Origin: Leucoraja erinacea
Taxonomy: Eukaryota
Reading direction: 5' to 3'
Assembly (NCBI RefSeq): GCF_028641065.1
Contig: NC_073381.1
Span: 54,622,001-54,686,000, forward strand
DNA: 64,000 nt
Part shown: positions 37,302 through 50,175 of the stretch, in pieces
Position numbering within the stretch: the first letter of the stretch is position 1
Layout: every line of letters begins with the position of its first letter
The notes under the pieces: model-generated
Database searches by the model: none
Seen by the model: only the letters and a program-made list of their open reading frames with translations
Told to the model about the DNA's origin: nothing
Position numbers and translations under genes: made by a program

Positions 37302-38153
37302 GTGGATCTGTCACATTAGTGGGGAAGAAGAACCTAAATAAATTGGAGGAATCTGAAACGTCTGTAAGGGTTGATTTGTTGAGGATGACTGTATCAGGCT
37401 GTTACTCGCAGTCTGTGGGACTGCTGCTAATTTTGATACGCTTGGCTACATTATTTGGGATGCCTTTGCAAGGTCAGCAGGGACGAGTCCAAATTTAGCG
37501 CCTAAGTCAATACAGTTTAATTTTATTCTTTCTCTGCTTCAGCATGGTGATAATGGTATGGCTGAGTGATTTGGTAGAGTAATTAAGAATCAACCACATT
37601 GGCTGGCTTCTGACAGACCGATGGCATTTCAGATACTAAATCTTTGTTTTCTGCATGGAGAAAAAACAGAATTAAAGGACGTACTTCAAATAAACACACA
37701 ATCCCGTTCGCACGTTGTAGTTCTGCATGATTTAATATTAAATTGGCATGTACAGTGTTTAAATATACTTCATTAATTTATTGTAACATGACCTTTAAAC
37801 ACCCTGCCATAAAGTTGCCCTGAGCTAAATTGAGTTATGAGATAATAATTATTTCTTCATTGATGTCTTGCACTAAGGCTCAATATAATATGACCTCGTC
37901 AAAATGACACATTTTTGACCTTGATTCTTCAAATTAATTCTCAGATTCACTTTTATTCAGTGAGTGTCTCCTTCTCTCAACTGTTTTTGCACTCCCTCTG
38001 TTGTTGTGACATTAGTCATTGTGTGTTGTGCCTAGAGGCCATATGTATAAGCTATTGAAAGTCATGGCTTTATCAGTGAAATCCCCATTTCTTTCACTTC
38101 TGAGATAATGGAATCTACAGCACCCTGTTCATAAGGACATGTATTATCAGTCT

Positions 38154-39029
38154 GTGTAAGAAGGAACTGCAGATTCTGGTTTAAACCAAAGGTATTCACA
38201 TAAAGCTGGAGTAACTCAGTGGGTCAGACAGCATCACTATCGAAAGCATCCTGACCACCTGCTTCACGGTATGGTACAGCAGTTGCACCGTAGCGGACAG
38301 GAAGGCACTACAACGGGTGGTGAAAACCGCGCAGTACATCATTGGTGCCCCGCTCCCTGCCATGGATGCCCTCCACCGAAAACGGTGTCTCAGACGGGCC
38401 GGGAAGATCATTAAAGACCCCTCCCACCCCAACCATGGACTGTTTGCCCTCCTCCCATCAGGGAGGCGGTATAGGAGCCTCGGGTCTCATACCAGTAGGA
38501 TGAGGAACAGCTTCTACAATAATACCATCACACTGCTGAACTCGGAGTCCCGCCGATAGACTTCTCCAGTCTCTCCATCCACATTGTTCGATTATTGTTT
38601 GATTATTCTGTATTTTTATTTTTATTTCTATATTGCACTATACTATGGACTGACGCTAAACTGCATTTCGTTGTACCCATACTCGTATTTGTGCAATGAC
38701 ATTAAAGTTGAATTGAATTGAATTGAATTGGAGAAAAGGAATAGGTGCTGTTTTGGGGTCGAGGCCCTTCTTCAGACAATACCTGAAACATCACCATTTC
38801 CTTTTCTCCAGAGATGCTGTCTGACCCACTGAGTTACTCCAGCTTTTTTTCTAAGAAGGAACTGCAGATGCTGGAAAAATCGAAGGTAGATAAAAATGCT
38901 GGAGATACTCAGAAGGTGAGGCAGCATCTATGGAGCAAATAGGAATTCCTTCGCTCCATAGATGCTGCCTCACCCGCTGAGTTTCTCCAACATTTATATC
39001 TACCTTCCAGTTTTTTGTCTTCTATCTTT
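38154..39029. mobile_element. Palindromic Penelope-terminus unit with nested insertions
   Basis: 14-bp TSD TGTATTATCAGTCT (38140-38153, 39030-39043). Inverted arms match PLE ends. Contains a Rex-like fragment and a second hairpin unit at ~38851-39005. Confidence 0.75.
38236..38730 (+). mobile_element. Rex1/Babar-like LINE 3' fragment
   Basis: ORF 38317-38559 KIIKDPSHPNHGLFALLPSGRRYRSL..RMRNSFY. (TTGAA)n tail. Confidence 0.8.
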
Positions 39030-39247
39030 TGTATTATCAGTCTATTTAGATTTCAGGACTTCTTAAATTTGATTTGAATAGAATGCCACAGACAAGGGGC
39101 AAATAGTCATTTCAGGGTTTGCAGTAAGTAACTTTCAATAATCATTACCACAAATTACATTTCTGCAGTGAATGTCAGACAAGAGTAGATTATTTCCTTC
39201 ACCACAGGTGGGTTTTTTAAAGCCTTCCCCAGTGTTAAAACTTGCAT

Positions 39248-39345
39248 TGAAGATGAACACAAAATGCTGGAGTAACTCAGTGGACCAGGCAGCAACTATG
39301 GAGGAGAGAAATAGTTGATGTTCTGGGTTGAGACCCTTCCTCATT
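39248..39345 (-). mobile_element. Degraded Penelope-terminus unit
   Basis: ACACAAAATGCTGGAGTAACTCAG..GGGTTGAGACCCTTCCTCA. Confidence 0.65.
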
Positions 39346-39577
39346 GTCCCTCTGTGCATGCATTGACCTATAATTGGAGTCTGTTAATTTGGACAGCAGC
39401 TGCTGAAGATAAATTGTACAAAAACAATTGGGACATGCGATCATGGTTCTTGCCAGATTACTTGAAATACATTTCTCAAAGTCCCTCCTATGTTCTTGAA
39501 GAATCTTAACAAAATTATTTGTGCTTTTACTTAAATATTGGTGAGGTTTTTTGAGGTGCAACTGTAAGCCTATTTTA

Positions 39578-40556
39578 TCTATCTATTCATATCTAATTTT
39601 GATCTTGTGCTCTTCTGGTTTATGGGGTTTTTCTATTTGCGCAAAAAATGATACGTGATAGCGCTTCGATTTTTTGCCCCCTTACTCGTCATTCTCCCGT
39701 GCTGCGAGTGCAACAAATTTCATTCCAATCGATGGTATTTTGAAAAGGTCATCGAAGATTAAAAATCATAAAAAACGCGCATGATTGCTGTCAGTAGCCA
39801 CCACGCAGATTGGTCTCCTCTCCTGTCACTCGGGAAGGGGCGTTCCAGTGGCTCCCTAACACGGGGCCCTAACGAACCACAGCGTTACAAGGAGAGAGGG
39901 AGTGCCACAGCCTGGCCCACAGCACGGGGGGGGGGGGGGGGGGGGGGGGAGGGGGGAGGGAGGAGGGAGGGAGGGGGGAGAGAGGGATGGGGGGGGGGGA
40001 GAGAGGGATGAGGGGGAGAGAGGGGAGATAGGGATGAGGGAGGGAGAGGGATGAGGGAGGGAGGGAGAAGTGAGTGATGAGGGGGGGGAGGAGAGAGGGA
40101 GAAGGGTGAGGGAGGGAGAGTGGAGAGAGGGTTGGGAGAGGGAGAGAGAGGGATGAGGGAGGGAGGGGGAGAGAGGGATGAGGAGGGAGGGGAGGAGAGG
40201 GATGAGGGAGGAAGGGGAAGAGCGGGATGAGGGAGGTAGGGGGAGAGAGGGATGAGGGAGGAGATGGATGAGGGAGGGAGGGAAGAGGGAGAGGGGAGAG
40301 AGGAATGAGGGAGGGAGGGGGAAAGCAGTGGAGTGAGGTAGATGGGCAGTGGAGTGCAGGGGGGGTAGAAGTGGTACGGGTTGATGGACAAGGTGGGATA
40401 GAGGGGGTGAGTAGGAGAGAGGACAGGGAGAGGTGGATTTGATGTTAGGGGGATAGGCGTGAGTGGTGGAATATAGGCGTGCGTTGTGGGAAATGGTTGC
40501 GTTGGGGGACCAGGCCTCCCATGTGACAGGGACCCAACGGGTCCCACTTAATCTAG
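39578..40556 (+). mobile_element. Non-autonomous Helitron with polypurine interior
   Basis: A|TCTATCT start; subterminal hairpin GGGACCC-AAC-GGGTCCC (40529-40545); CTAG|T end (40553-40556); no TSD. Confidence 0.8.
39925..40325 (+). repeat. G/A-rich low-complexity tract (GAGAGGGATGAGGG-like units)
   Basis: Almost pure purine run with many G-tracts, inside the Helitron. Confidence 0.9.
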
Positions 40557-40593
40557 TATAACATAAACATCTGCATGTGTGGAATCAAATAGA

Positions 40594-40875
40594 GTGGTGG
40601 CACAGCGGCCCAGTGGTCGACTTACAGTGCCAGAGACCAGGTTAGATTCTGACTACAGATGCTGTCTGTATGGAGCTTGTACGTTCTCCCTGTGACCATG
40701 TGGTTTTTCTCCGGGTGCCCCGGTTTTATCCCACATTTCAAAGACATACAGGTTTGTAGGTTTATTGGCTTCTGTAAATTGTCCCTAGTGTGTAGGTTAG
40801 AACTATGTGTGATTGTTCATCGGCACTGACTCAATGGGCCTATTTCAACGCTGTAACTAAACTAAACTAACCTAA
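40594..40875 (+). mobile_element. V-SINE (HE1-like), essentially full length
   Basis: tRNA-like head GGTGGCACAGCGG..GCCAGAGACC, V-domain GCTGTCTGTATGGAG..TTCTCCCTGTGACC..TCTCCGGGTGCCCCGGTTT, (AAACT)n tail. Confidence 0.8.
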
Positions 40876-43279
40876 AGAATAAAAAAATACTGGAAATAGC
40901 AGGTTGGACAGCATCTACAGAGAGCACAACTGGAATATTGTGTGCTGCATTGGTCTCCTCATTTATGCAAGGGGTAATTTAATTGAAATCCGTTCATAGA
41001 AATCCGTTTTCTGGCTCAACATTTGGAATTGGAGAATTGTCTAATGACAAATTAGGCTTGCATCCTTTGCAGTTCATAAGACTGAGAGGGACCTGATGTA
41101 GACACAGAAGACCCTGGGAGGTCTTGACAGGGCGGGATGTTTCCTCTTGTAAAGATTCTAGAAGAAGGCATCACTGTTTCATTAAGGAATTGTCACAGTT
41201 TTACTCCGAGGGTAATGAGTCTTTGCTAATGGCATGTGAGTATGATGCAATTGCTATTTTTGATCACGCACCATTGAAACTATCAATCAGACTACCTGAT
41301 TCCAAGTTTAGTGCTAAACAATAGCGATGCAATGCTACTTTGCTTCAAGACTTAAATTTTATTAAAGATCAGATTGCTTTTTACTTCTTGACAAACTCAA
41401 CTGAAGAAATATCCAATGGTGTAGTCTGGGATGCTTTTAAGATATATTCGTGGACAAATTATTTCATACTCCGCGGGATTAAAAAAACAAACTCTAAAAG
41501 AAATCCGTACATTGGCTGACGAGATTGAAGAAATTAATAAAAAAATATTCTAGAGCTCCTAGTTTAGAGCTCTATAAGAATAGAGTTGAACTTCAATTGA
41601 GATATGATTTGTTATTAGTATCACTGATTGAGAACCAGCTACTTAAAACCAAAAGTCAATTTTATACACATGGTGAAAAATCTGGTAAATTACTCGCTAA
41701 TCAGTTGAAAGCGGTGTCGGCCAAACATCAGATTACTAAAGTGAGTAAACGGGATGGTACACTGACTGTAGACCATGACGATATTAATAAATCCTTTCAG
41801 GAATTTTATACCTCCCTATACCAATCAGAATTTCCTACTGATTCCAATATAATGCATGAGTTTTTAAAGAAACAGAACTTACCAAATTTAACATATAATG
41901 AACCTCTGTTGTTGGATGAACCCATCACGGAAGAAGAAATCCAGAAAGTTATTATTTCAATGAATTTTGGTAAAGCTCCTGGTTTAGATGGGTTTACAGT
42001 AGAGTTTTTAAAGTATTTTTCAAATTTATTGTCTCCCTGGCTATGCAAGGTATTTAAAGAAGCCTTTTTAAGATATAGATTACCACAATCTTTTTATGAA
42101 GCATCTATTTCTTTAATCCTTAAAAAAGATAAAGACCCTACTGAAGTGACATCATATAGACCTATATCACTGTTAATTGTTGATTTCAAAATTATTTCCA
42201 AAATATTAGCTATGAGATTGGAAAATATTTTACCGCAAATTATCTCTGAAGACAGGTTTTATTAAAAATCGTTACTTAAAGTTAGGAGATTAATGAATAT
42301 TGTATATACAGCGTCAAACAAAACCCCAGAATGTGTCATTTCACTTGATGCCAAGAAGGCGTTTGATAAAGTAGATGGGAATATTTATTCAATACACTTG
42401 AAAATTTAAGATTGGTCCAAAATGTATTTCTTGGATCAAGCTGATATATCATATACCTCAGGCTTCTGTACTTACTAATAACCAGAGATGCCCTTTTTTT
42501 TAAGCTCTTTCGAAGTACTAAACAGGGCTGTCCCTTAAGTCCTTTACTATTTGATATTGCTTTGGAATACTTAATCAATTTAGTAGTTTTTCTGGTTATA
42601 ATCTAAATTTTAGTAAGAGTGAGCTTTTCCCATTAAATAATCTAGTTTCGATTTATGGACAGTTTCCATTTAGATTGACTACCAAAAGTTTTACTTATCT
42701 AGGTATTAAGATCACCAAAAAAACACAAGGATTTATTTAAAGCTAATGTTATGCCTGTTAATTGACCATATCAAACAACAGTTTACTAAATGGTCACCAA
42801 TGTCCTTATCTGTTATCGGCTGAATCAATGCTATTAAAATGTTCATTTTACTTAAATTTCTGTATATATTTCAGATGATACCAATTTTTATTGCCAAATC
42901 ATTCTTTGATATTATAGATTCCAAAATTTCTTCATATATATGGCAGATTAAAAATACCGGACTAAGTAAAAAATACTTAAGAAATACAGAAATCACAAAA
43001 AGATGGTGGTTTGGCATTGCCGAACCTTAGATTCTACTATTGGGCAGTCAATGTTCGTTATCTAACATTTTGGACAAAAGATTTAGAAGATACCCAATGC
43101 CCAGGATGGATAAATGTTGAACGCGATTCCTTACAAGGGCTATCATTGGCTTCTATTCTAGGGGCCTCGTTACCTTTTACAATTACGAGATTGAATAAAT
43201 ATACGACTAACCCAATAATAAGACGTACGTTTCGAATATGGTTTCAATTTCGTGAGTTTTTTGGACTAAATGATTTTAT

Positions 43280-43886
43280 TCAATTCAATTCAATTCAATT
43301 CAATTCAATTCAACTTTAATGTCATCGCACAAAATACAAGTATCAGTACAACGAAATGCAGTTTTGCGTCAGTCCGTAGTAGTTGTACATAAAGAGAAAA
43401 AACAAGAAAAAAAAATAGAAAGAGAGAAGATACAGAATAATCAGGAAATACAGAATGATTAAACACAGGGGGACGGAGGGACCAGAGAAGTCTATCGTCG
43501 GGACTCCGAGTTCAGCAGTGTGATTGTGTTGTTATAGAAGCTTTTCCTCATCCTGCTGGTACGTGACCTGAGGCTCCTGTACCGCCTCCCTGATGGGAGG
43601 AGGGCAAACAGTCCATGGTTGGGGTGTGAGGGGTCTTTGATGATCTTCCCAGCCCGTCTCAGACACCGTTTTCGGTGGAGGGCATCCATGGCAGGGAGCG
43701 GGGCACCGATGATGTGCTGCGCGGTTTTCACCACCCGTTGTAGTGCTTTCCTGTCCGCAGCAGTGCAGCTGCTGTACCATACCGTGAAGCAGGTGGTCAG
43801 GATACTCTCTATGGTACAGCGGTAAAAGTTGGTCAGGATCTGGGGGGACAGGTGGGCTTTCTTGAGCCTCCTAAGGAAGTAAAGGA
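43280..43886 (-). mobile_element. Rex1/Babar-like LINE 3' fragment nested in the L1
   Basis: ORF 43492-43734 is nearly identical to 38317-38559. (TTGAA)n tail. Confidence 0.85.
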
Positions 43887-44334
43887 AGTCCTATCTTATC
43901 TAATTTTCTCTTCCAACTTTCTAGTACCGAACAAGCCTTTTTTGTTATAGAAGAGGAAGGGATTAGTAGCTTTTCATGATTTGTTTTTGGATGGTTGTTT
44001 TATGTCTTTCGAGCAACTTTCCGATAAATATCATTTACCTAATTCACACTTTTTTAGATATTTACAAATTAGACATTTTTTGAAGGCTACCACCGTTTTT
44101 TCCACTACCACATCAAACTGTAATTTTGGAAAAAAAATTACATTTGAACCCTTATCAGAAAGGACTAATAACGACTATTTATGAGTTGATTTTGAAATTA
44201 CAAATAGATATATTTGATAAAATTAAGAATGACTGGGAAAGAGAACTCCAAATTTCTCTATCTATAGAGAAATGGGAGAGGATTCTTCAATAAGTCAATA
44301 CCTCTTCAATGTGTGCAAGATACGCTCTAATACA

Positions 44335-46615
44335 CAGCGCACTTCCATGGGAAGGAGTCCTCGTCCCCCAATGATATCCGCCTCGCAGCGCACTTCCATG
44401 GGAAGGAGTCCTCGCCCCCCAATGATGACTCTTTTTCCCGTCTCCAATGCACCCCCTCCTCGTGGAACCCCCCTCGTAAAGTCCCGGCTCTGGAACTCTT
44501 TATCCAGAACTGCCGCCGCGACGTCAACCGCCTCAACTTCTCCACTCCCCTGTCTCACTCCAATCTCTCCCCCTCTGAACGCACTGCCATTGAATCACTC
44601 CGCAAAAACCCAGATTGGGTCATCAAACCAGCCGACAAGGGAGGTGCCGTGGTAGTCTGGCGCGCCGATCTCTACAAAGCTGAGGCCACGCGCCAACTCT
44701 CGGACACCTCCTCCTACTTACACTTGGACCATGACCCCACTGACGAGCCCCAGGCCACCATATCTAGCACCATCACCGACTTCATCAATTCCCACGCCCT
44801 GCCCGACCAAGCTTCCAACCTCATCGTTCCCCAGCCCCGCACGGCCCGTTTTTACCTTCTCCCCAAAATCCACAAACCCGGCTCTCCTGGCAGACCCATT
44901 GTCTCTGCCTGTTCATGCCCCACTGAACTCATCTCCACATACCTTGACTCCATACTATCCCCCTTGGTCAAATCCCTTCCCACCTATGTTCTAGACTCCT
45001 CAGACACTCTCCGCCGCCTCCACGCATTCCACTCTCTAGGCCCTCACCCCCTCATCTTCACCATGGATGTCCAGTCACTCTACACCTCCATCCCCCACCA
45101 GGATGGCCTCAAAGCCCTCCGGTTCTTCTTCGACCAGAGGAGCAACCTATACCCAGCTACTGACACTCCTCCGCCTAGCGGAGTTGGTCCTCACCCGCAA
45201 CAACTTTACATTTGACTCCTCCCATTTCCACCAAACACAAGGCGGAGCTATGGGCACATGCATGGGCCCCAGTTACGCCTGCCTCTTTGTCGGGTACGTT
45301 GAACAATCCTTTTTCAATACGTACCAAGACCCCATCCCCGACCTCTACCTCCGTTACATTGACGACTGCTTTGGGGCCACTTCCTGCACCTACACACAAC
45401 TGATTGACTTCATCCACTTCACCACCAACTTCCATCCGGTACTCCAATACACCTGGACCTTTTTCCGACACTTCCCTACCATTCCTTGACCTCACCATCT
45501 CCATCGCAGGGGACAGACTTCTGACCGACATACACTACAAACCAACTGACTCACATGGCTATCTGGATTACACGTCTTCCCACCCTGCCCCCTGTAAAGA
45601 CTCCATCCCCTACTCCCAATTCCTCCGCCTATGCCGCATCTGCTCCCAGGATGAGACGTTCCATACCAGGGCATCGGAAATGTCCTCGTTCTTCAGGGAA
45701 CGGGGATTCCCCTCCGCCACCATAGATGAGGCTCGCACCAGGGTCTCATCCATACCCCGCAACACTGCTCTCTCTCCCCATCCCCGCACTCGCAACAAGG
45801 GCAGAGTCCCCCTGGTCCTCACCTTTCACCCCACCAGCCGGCAAATACAACACATAATCCTCCGCCATTTCCGCCACCTCCAACATGACCCCACCACTCG
45901 CCACATCTTCCCATCTCCCCCTATGTCTGCCTTCCGCAAAGACCGCTCCCTCCACAACTCCCTTGTCAATTCTTCCCTTCCCTCCCGTACCACCCCCTCC
46001 CCGGGCACTTTCCGCTGCAACCGCAAGAAATGCAACACCTGTCCCTTCACCTCCCCCCTCGACTCCATTCAAGGTCCCAAGCAGTCGTTCCAGGTGCGAC
46101 AAAGGTTCACCTGTATCTCCTCCAACCTCATCTACTGCATCCGCTGCTCTAGATATCAACTGATTTACATTGGGGAGACTAAGCGGAGGTTGGGCGATCG
46201 TTTCGCCGAACACCTCCGCTCAGTCTGCAATAACCTACCTGAACTCCCGGTGGCTCAGCACTTCAACTCCCTCTCCCATTCTCAATTGGACCTCTCTGTC
46301 CATTGCCAGAGTGAGCAACACCGGTAATTGGAGGAACAGCACCTCATATTCCGCCTGGGCAGCTTGCATCCTGATGGCATGAATGTTGAATTCTCCCGAT
46401 TTTGCTAGCCCTTGCTGTCTCCTCCCCTTCCTTAACCCTCGAGCTGTCCCCTCCCATCCCCCTGCCCTCGGGCTCCTCCTCCTCCCTTTTTCCTTTCTTC
46501 TCCCCCCCACCCCCCATTAGTCTGAAGAAGGGTTTCGGCCCGAAACGTCGCCTATTTCCTTCGCTCCATAGATGCTGCTGCACCCGCTGAGTTTCTCCAG
46601 CAATTTTGTGTACCT
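44335..46615 (+). mobile_element. Penelope-like retroelement (Neptune-type), RT + GIY-YIG, 5'-truncated, two frameshifts
   Basis: LLPKIHK..GRPIVS, MDVQSLYTSIP, QGGAMGTCMGPSYA, YLRYIDD, FLDL, Cys linker CNRKKCNTC, LIYCIRC..YIGETKRRLGDRFAEH. TSD TCTAATACA (44326-44334) / TCTGATACA (46616-46624). Confidence 0.95.
46520..46552 (+). ncRNA. Putative minimal type I hammerhead ribozyme at the Penelope terminus
   Basis: CUGAAGA-A-GGG-UUUCGG-CCC-GAAA-CGUC: both conserved boxes, 3-bp stem II, palindromic ACGU in place of stem III, GUC cleavage triplet. Stem I is only ~2 bp. Confidence 0.65.
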
Positions 46616-49284
46616 TCTGATACAATTCAAGGTGGTTCACTGAGCTCATATGTCAAAAGATGTTAGCTCATTTTTATGATCATATAAATACTACCTGTGA
46701 CAGATGTAACTCTGAAGTGTCCTTACTGACCCATATGTATTGGTCCTGCCCACTTTTGTAAAAATATTGGAAATACATTTTTGATACTATTTCTGTAGTC
46801 TTAGGTATTGATTTACAACCTCATCCTATTACTGCAATTTTGGGGCTACCAATGTTAGATTCTATTCATTTTTCCCGCTCCGCCCATCGATTGATTGCTT
46901 TTATCACATTAATTGCCAGAAGATTTAAATGGAAAGACTCCAACCCTCCGACCACACTCCAGTGGTACTCTGAAATGATATAATGTTTAAATTTAGAAAA
47001 AATCAGGAGTGACATTGTTGAACCCTTGGTTCAAATAAATTTGCTAAGACATGGGGAAAATTTATTCAACACTTTCACACAACATAAATTGCTCCCTCTC
47101 TAACCGTTATAAAAACTATTTTACCATTATATGGTGGAACGGACTTAATGGTGGAAAGGAAATATGGTGAAACACTTAAATTGTTGAAATTCTCAGCTCA
47201 GACTCTGTTTTGCTTTTTTTTCTCTTTAGTTTAGGGGGGTTTTGTTTCTTTCTTTTTCCCTTTTTTCTTTTTTCTTTCTTTTTATCTTTGTGTTTTTTCG
47301 ACATATACAAGTTTTCTTTTAAACATTTAACTATATTTACATAGAGACCGGGAGGTCTATATTCAATGTGTATTTTGATCCTGGACTCATATTTATGTTA
47401 TACCTGTTATTAATGTAATCCTGATCCATATGTATCAATATCATTGTAATGTTTATCATTATTCTTTTTGTTTTGTTTTTTTTTTTTGGGGGGAAAAAAA
47501 CGAATAAAAAGATTATAAAAGAAAGAAAGAAAAAAATATTATTTGCAATAGGACAAAGAAAGAGTGTTTCAATGCAGTTAAAGTAGATAAAGGTAAATTC
47601 TCAACAAGTTCAGGGGTTGACATTATTGTGCAGGTTTGAAGATAGTTGAGATGTAATCAGATCAGAATAGTGAAACAGGCTTAAGGGGCCAAGTGACCTA
47701 GCCTGCTCTCAGTTACTATGAGAGAAACATTGAGCACCTTCAGATTGAGTGGGTAGCCCTTTAACTTAACACAGATGCTACCTTATCAGCTGAGTATTTC
47801 CAGCGTTTTAATATTTTTATTTCAGATTTTATTCAAGTAGTGTTTTGATTTTCGTTGAAGCTCCAAGCCTCATCATTTTTACCTCCTTAACCATAGATGG
47901 GTGTTAGCTAACCTGCAAAAGCAACACTGGTGTAATTTGATTTAATTGTCTCTTAAACATAGTGAAGTATTCAGGAGGATTTGCAAGCTTGGCAAGCAAA
48001 GTTTATTAGACTGCCATGTTAGTCTCAAACAATTTGCACTAATATGTGAGTTCAGCCAGTAAGGGACCAAATAGAAATGAGTTTGCTTAACGTTAAACGA
48101 ATTTTCAGTCAACACAGTCCCCTGGCAGAAATCTATCTAAACATTGGCACTAATGTATGATGATATCTGTCTAAATATTGGCACTAATTTACAAATACAG
48201 TTATAATGATTAATTGGTCCATAGAATTTGGAAAAATAATCATTTGTGCAATAGGAGATTGTGATATTACTTGCTTATTCTCTGGTTTAAAAAAAAAAGT
48301 ACTCGTATACAATGAAAACTAAATATAAATTAACTATTTGACTGGGAAGTAGATTTGCCCCAGGCTTGACTCTGGGACCACTGTAGCTTAGAAGTTACAT
48401 GAACAATTCAGATTCAAGAATGGGAGGTCCTATCCCCAAATCTACTTCTGATGCTAAATAGAAACTTGTAATTAAGCAGGAAAAGGCTCCATCAGAATGT
48501 AGAAAAATATTGATGAATTAAAAAATAATAACTGTCTTTTATGGGATAACAAAATATATTCAGACCATAGGTTGTATTGGTAGCACAATTCCAGCACAAA
48601 TACGCTTGAATACAAAAGAACAACTTTTGTGGCATATGTGCCTTTTTGTTGCTAGTACACAGTTTGTGTAATTTTTTTTTTACTTCAGAGACTTTCAATT
48701 GCAAATCAGTCTCTGCCTGGAAGTGCCTGTACTTGAAAATAATGAGGCAAAATCTGCTTTAACCATACTGTAAGCGTAGATTGAAGGAGTATGCCCACAA
48801 TTCAGGGAATGATTAAGTTTGTCTCTTAGACGAGGCCCTTAATCAGCATTAATTAGTGCGCCATTTAGACTCATGATTTTTTTTTTTTTGCCCTTGCTAT
48901 TTCATCCTTTGAAATGGATTGTAAGTGCAGTTAAATAATTTGCTTCTCCATAATTACTCCCAAGAATTTGGTGCAAAACTGAAAACATGCTGCAGAATGC
49001 AATCAAGGTACAGCAACTCCACAGAGGAAAACATTTGTATTTTTTGTCCAAAAATTCAAATTTGACCCCTTTTATTCTGGAAAGGAATATTTAACTTTGT
49101 TGAGCATGGCAAATTGTGCAGTCATGGTGAAAAACCCCCAATGTCAGACAAGATGTTGCACCTTTTCAAACTAAGCCTCCTTTCTTCCAACCTCTTAAAT
49201 AATGCTGTTAAAGAAAGTATTGGAACATGTTTTTTTTTAGTAGAAAGTACATTTAATGATACTTGGTAGATAATAGATATTTCT

Positions 49285-50175
49285 TAGTACAGTGCAAGAA
49301 GAGGCCCTTTGCCCCACAATGTCTGTGCCGAACACGATGTCAAGAGCAGCTCCATCCACCTGCACATAATCTATTTCCCTCCATTCCATGCATATCCATC
49401 TCTAAAAGTCTCTTGAATGCCACTATTGTACCTGCCTCTATCATCACCCCCACTAACCTGTTCCAGATCCTCACCGCCCTCTGTGTAAAAAAAAAAAATA
49501 TCCGTGTCTCCTTCAAACTTTGCCCTTCTTTCCTTAAAGCTATTCCCTCTGGCATTTGGTTTTTTTTCCACCCTGGGGTAACAATTTTGACTGTCTATCC
49601 CATCTCTGACACGTAACTTTATAGGCTTCTATCAGGTCTCCCCGCAACCTCCGGACCTCTAGTGACAACAATCCAAGTTTATCCAACCTCTCCATATAGC
49701 TATACCACGCATTATTCTGTCTCCATCATTTTGAAAGTCTTCACATCCTTATTGTAATGAGGTAACCAGATCTTCACACAATACTCCAAATATAGCCCAG
49801 CCAAAGTCCCATGAACCTGCATCACAACTTCACGACTTATACGCAAAGCCCTGATCTACGAAAGTAAGCTTTCCGTATGCCTTTTTCACCACTCTGTCCA
49901 TCTGTGTTATCACTTTCAGTGAGTTATGTAGTTGGATCCAAGTAAACAGAACACGGAACATGCACTTCATTCCACAATGTCCATGTCGAACATGATGCCA
50001 AGTTAAACAAATCTCCTCTGGTCGAATGATCCCCATTCCCATTCCCTGCATATCCATGTGCCTATCTAAGAGGCTCTTAAATGCCACTATCATATTTGTT
50101 CCTACCACACTCCTGGCACCGAGTTCCAGGCACCCACCACTCTGCATAACAAAGTAAAAACTTGCCCCGCATACC
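49285..50175 (-). mobile_element. Cluster of degraded CR1 3' fragments
   Basis: FFTQRAVRIWNRL..AGTIVAFKRLL, DRVVKKAYG, VAFKSLLDRHMD. Confidence 0.75.

Larger units (their letters stand above)
41220..47536 (+). mobile_element. L1/Tx1-like LINE ORF2 and 3' UTR, degraded, interrupted by Rex-like and Penelope insertions
   Basis: DHAPL (endonuclease end), GEKSGKLLA, GKAPGLDGF, YRPISLL..DFKI, QGCPLSP, GGLALPN and a C-terminal CDRC..H..WSC. AATAAA and an A-rich tail at ~47503-47536. Confidence 0.9.

Noticed and set aside
39885-40547. 220-aa Pro/Ser/Leu-rich ORF
   Set aside because: Translation of the polypurine low-complexity tract.
40594-40660. tRNA gene
   Set aside because: Degenerate tRNA-derived SINE head continuing into a V-domain; no cloverleaf.
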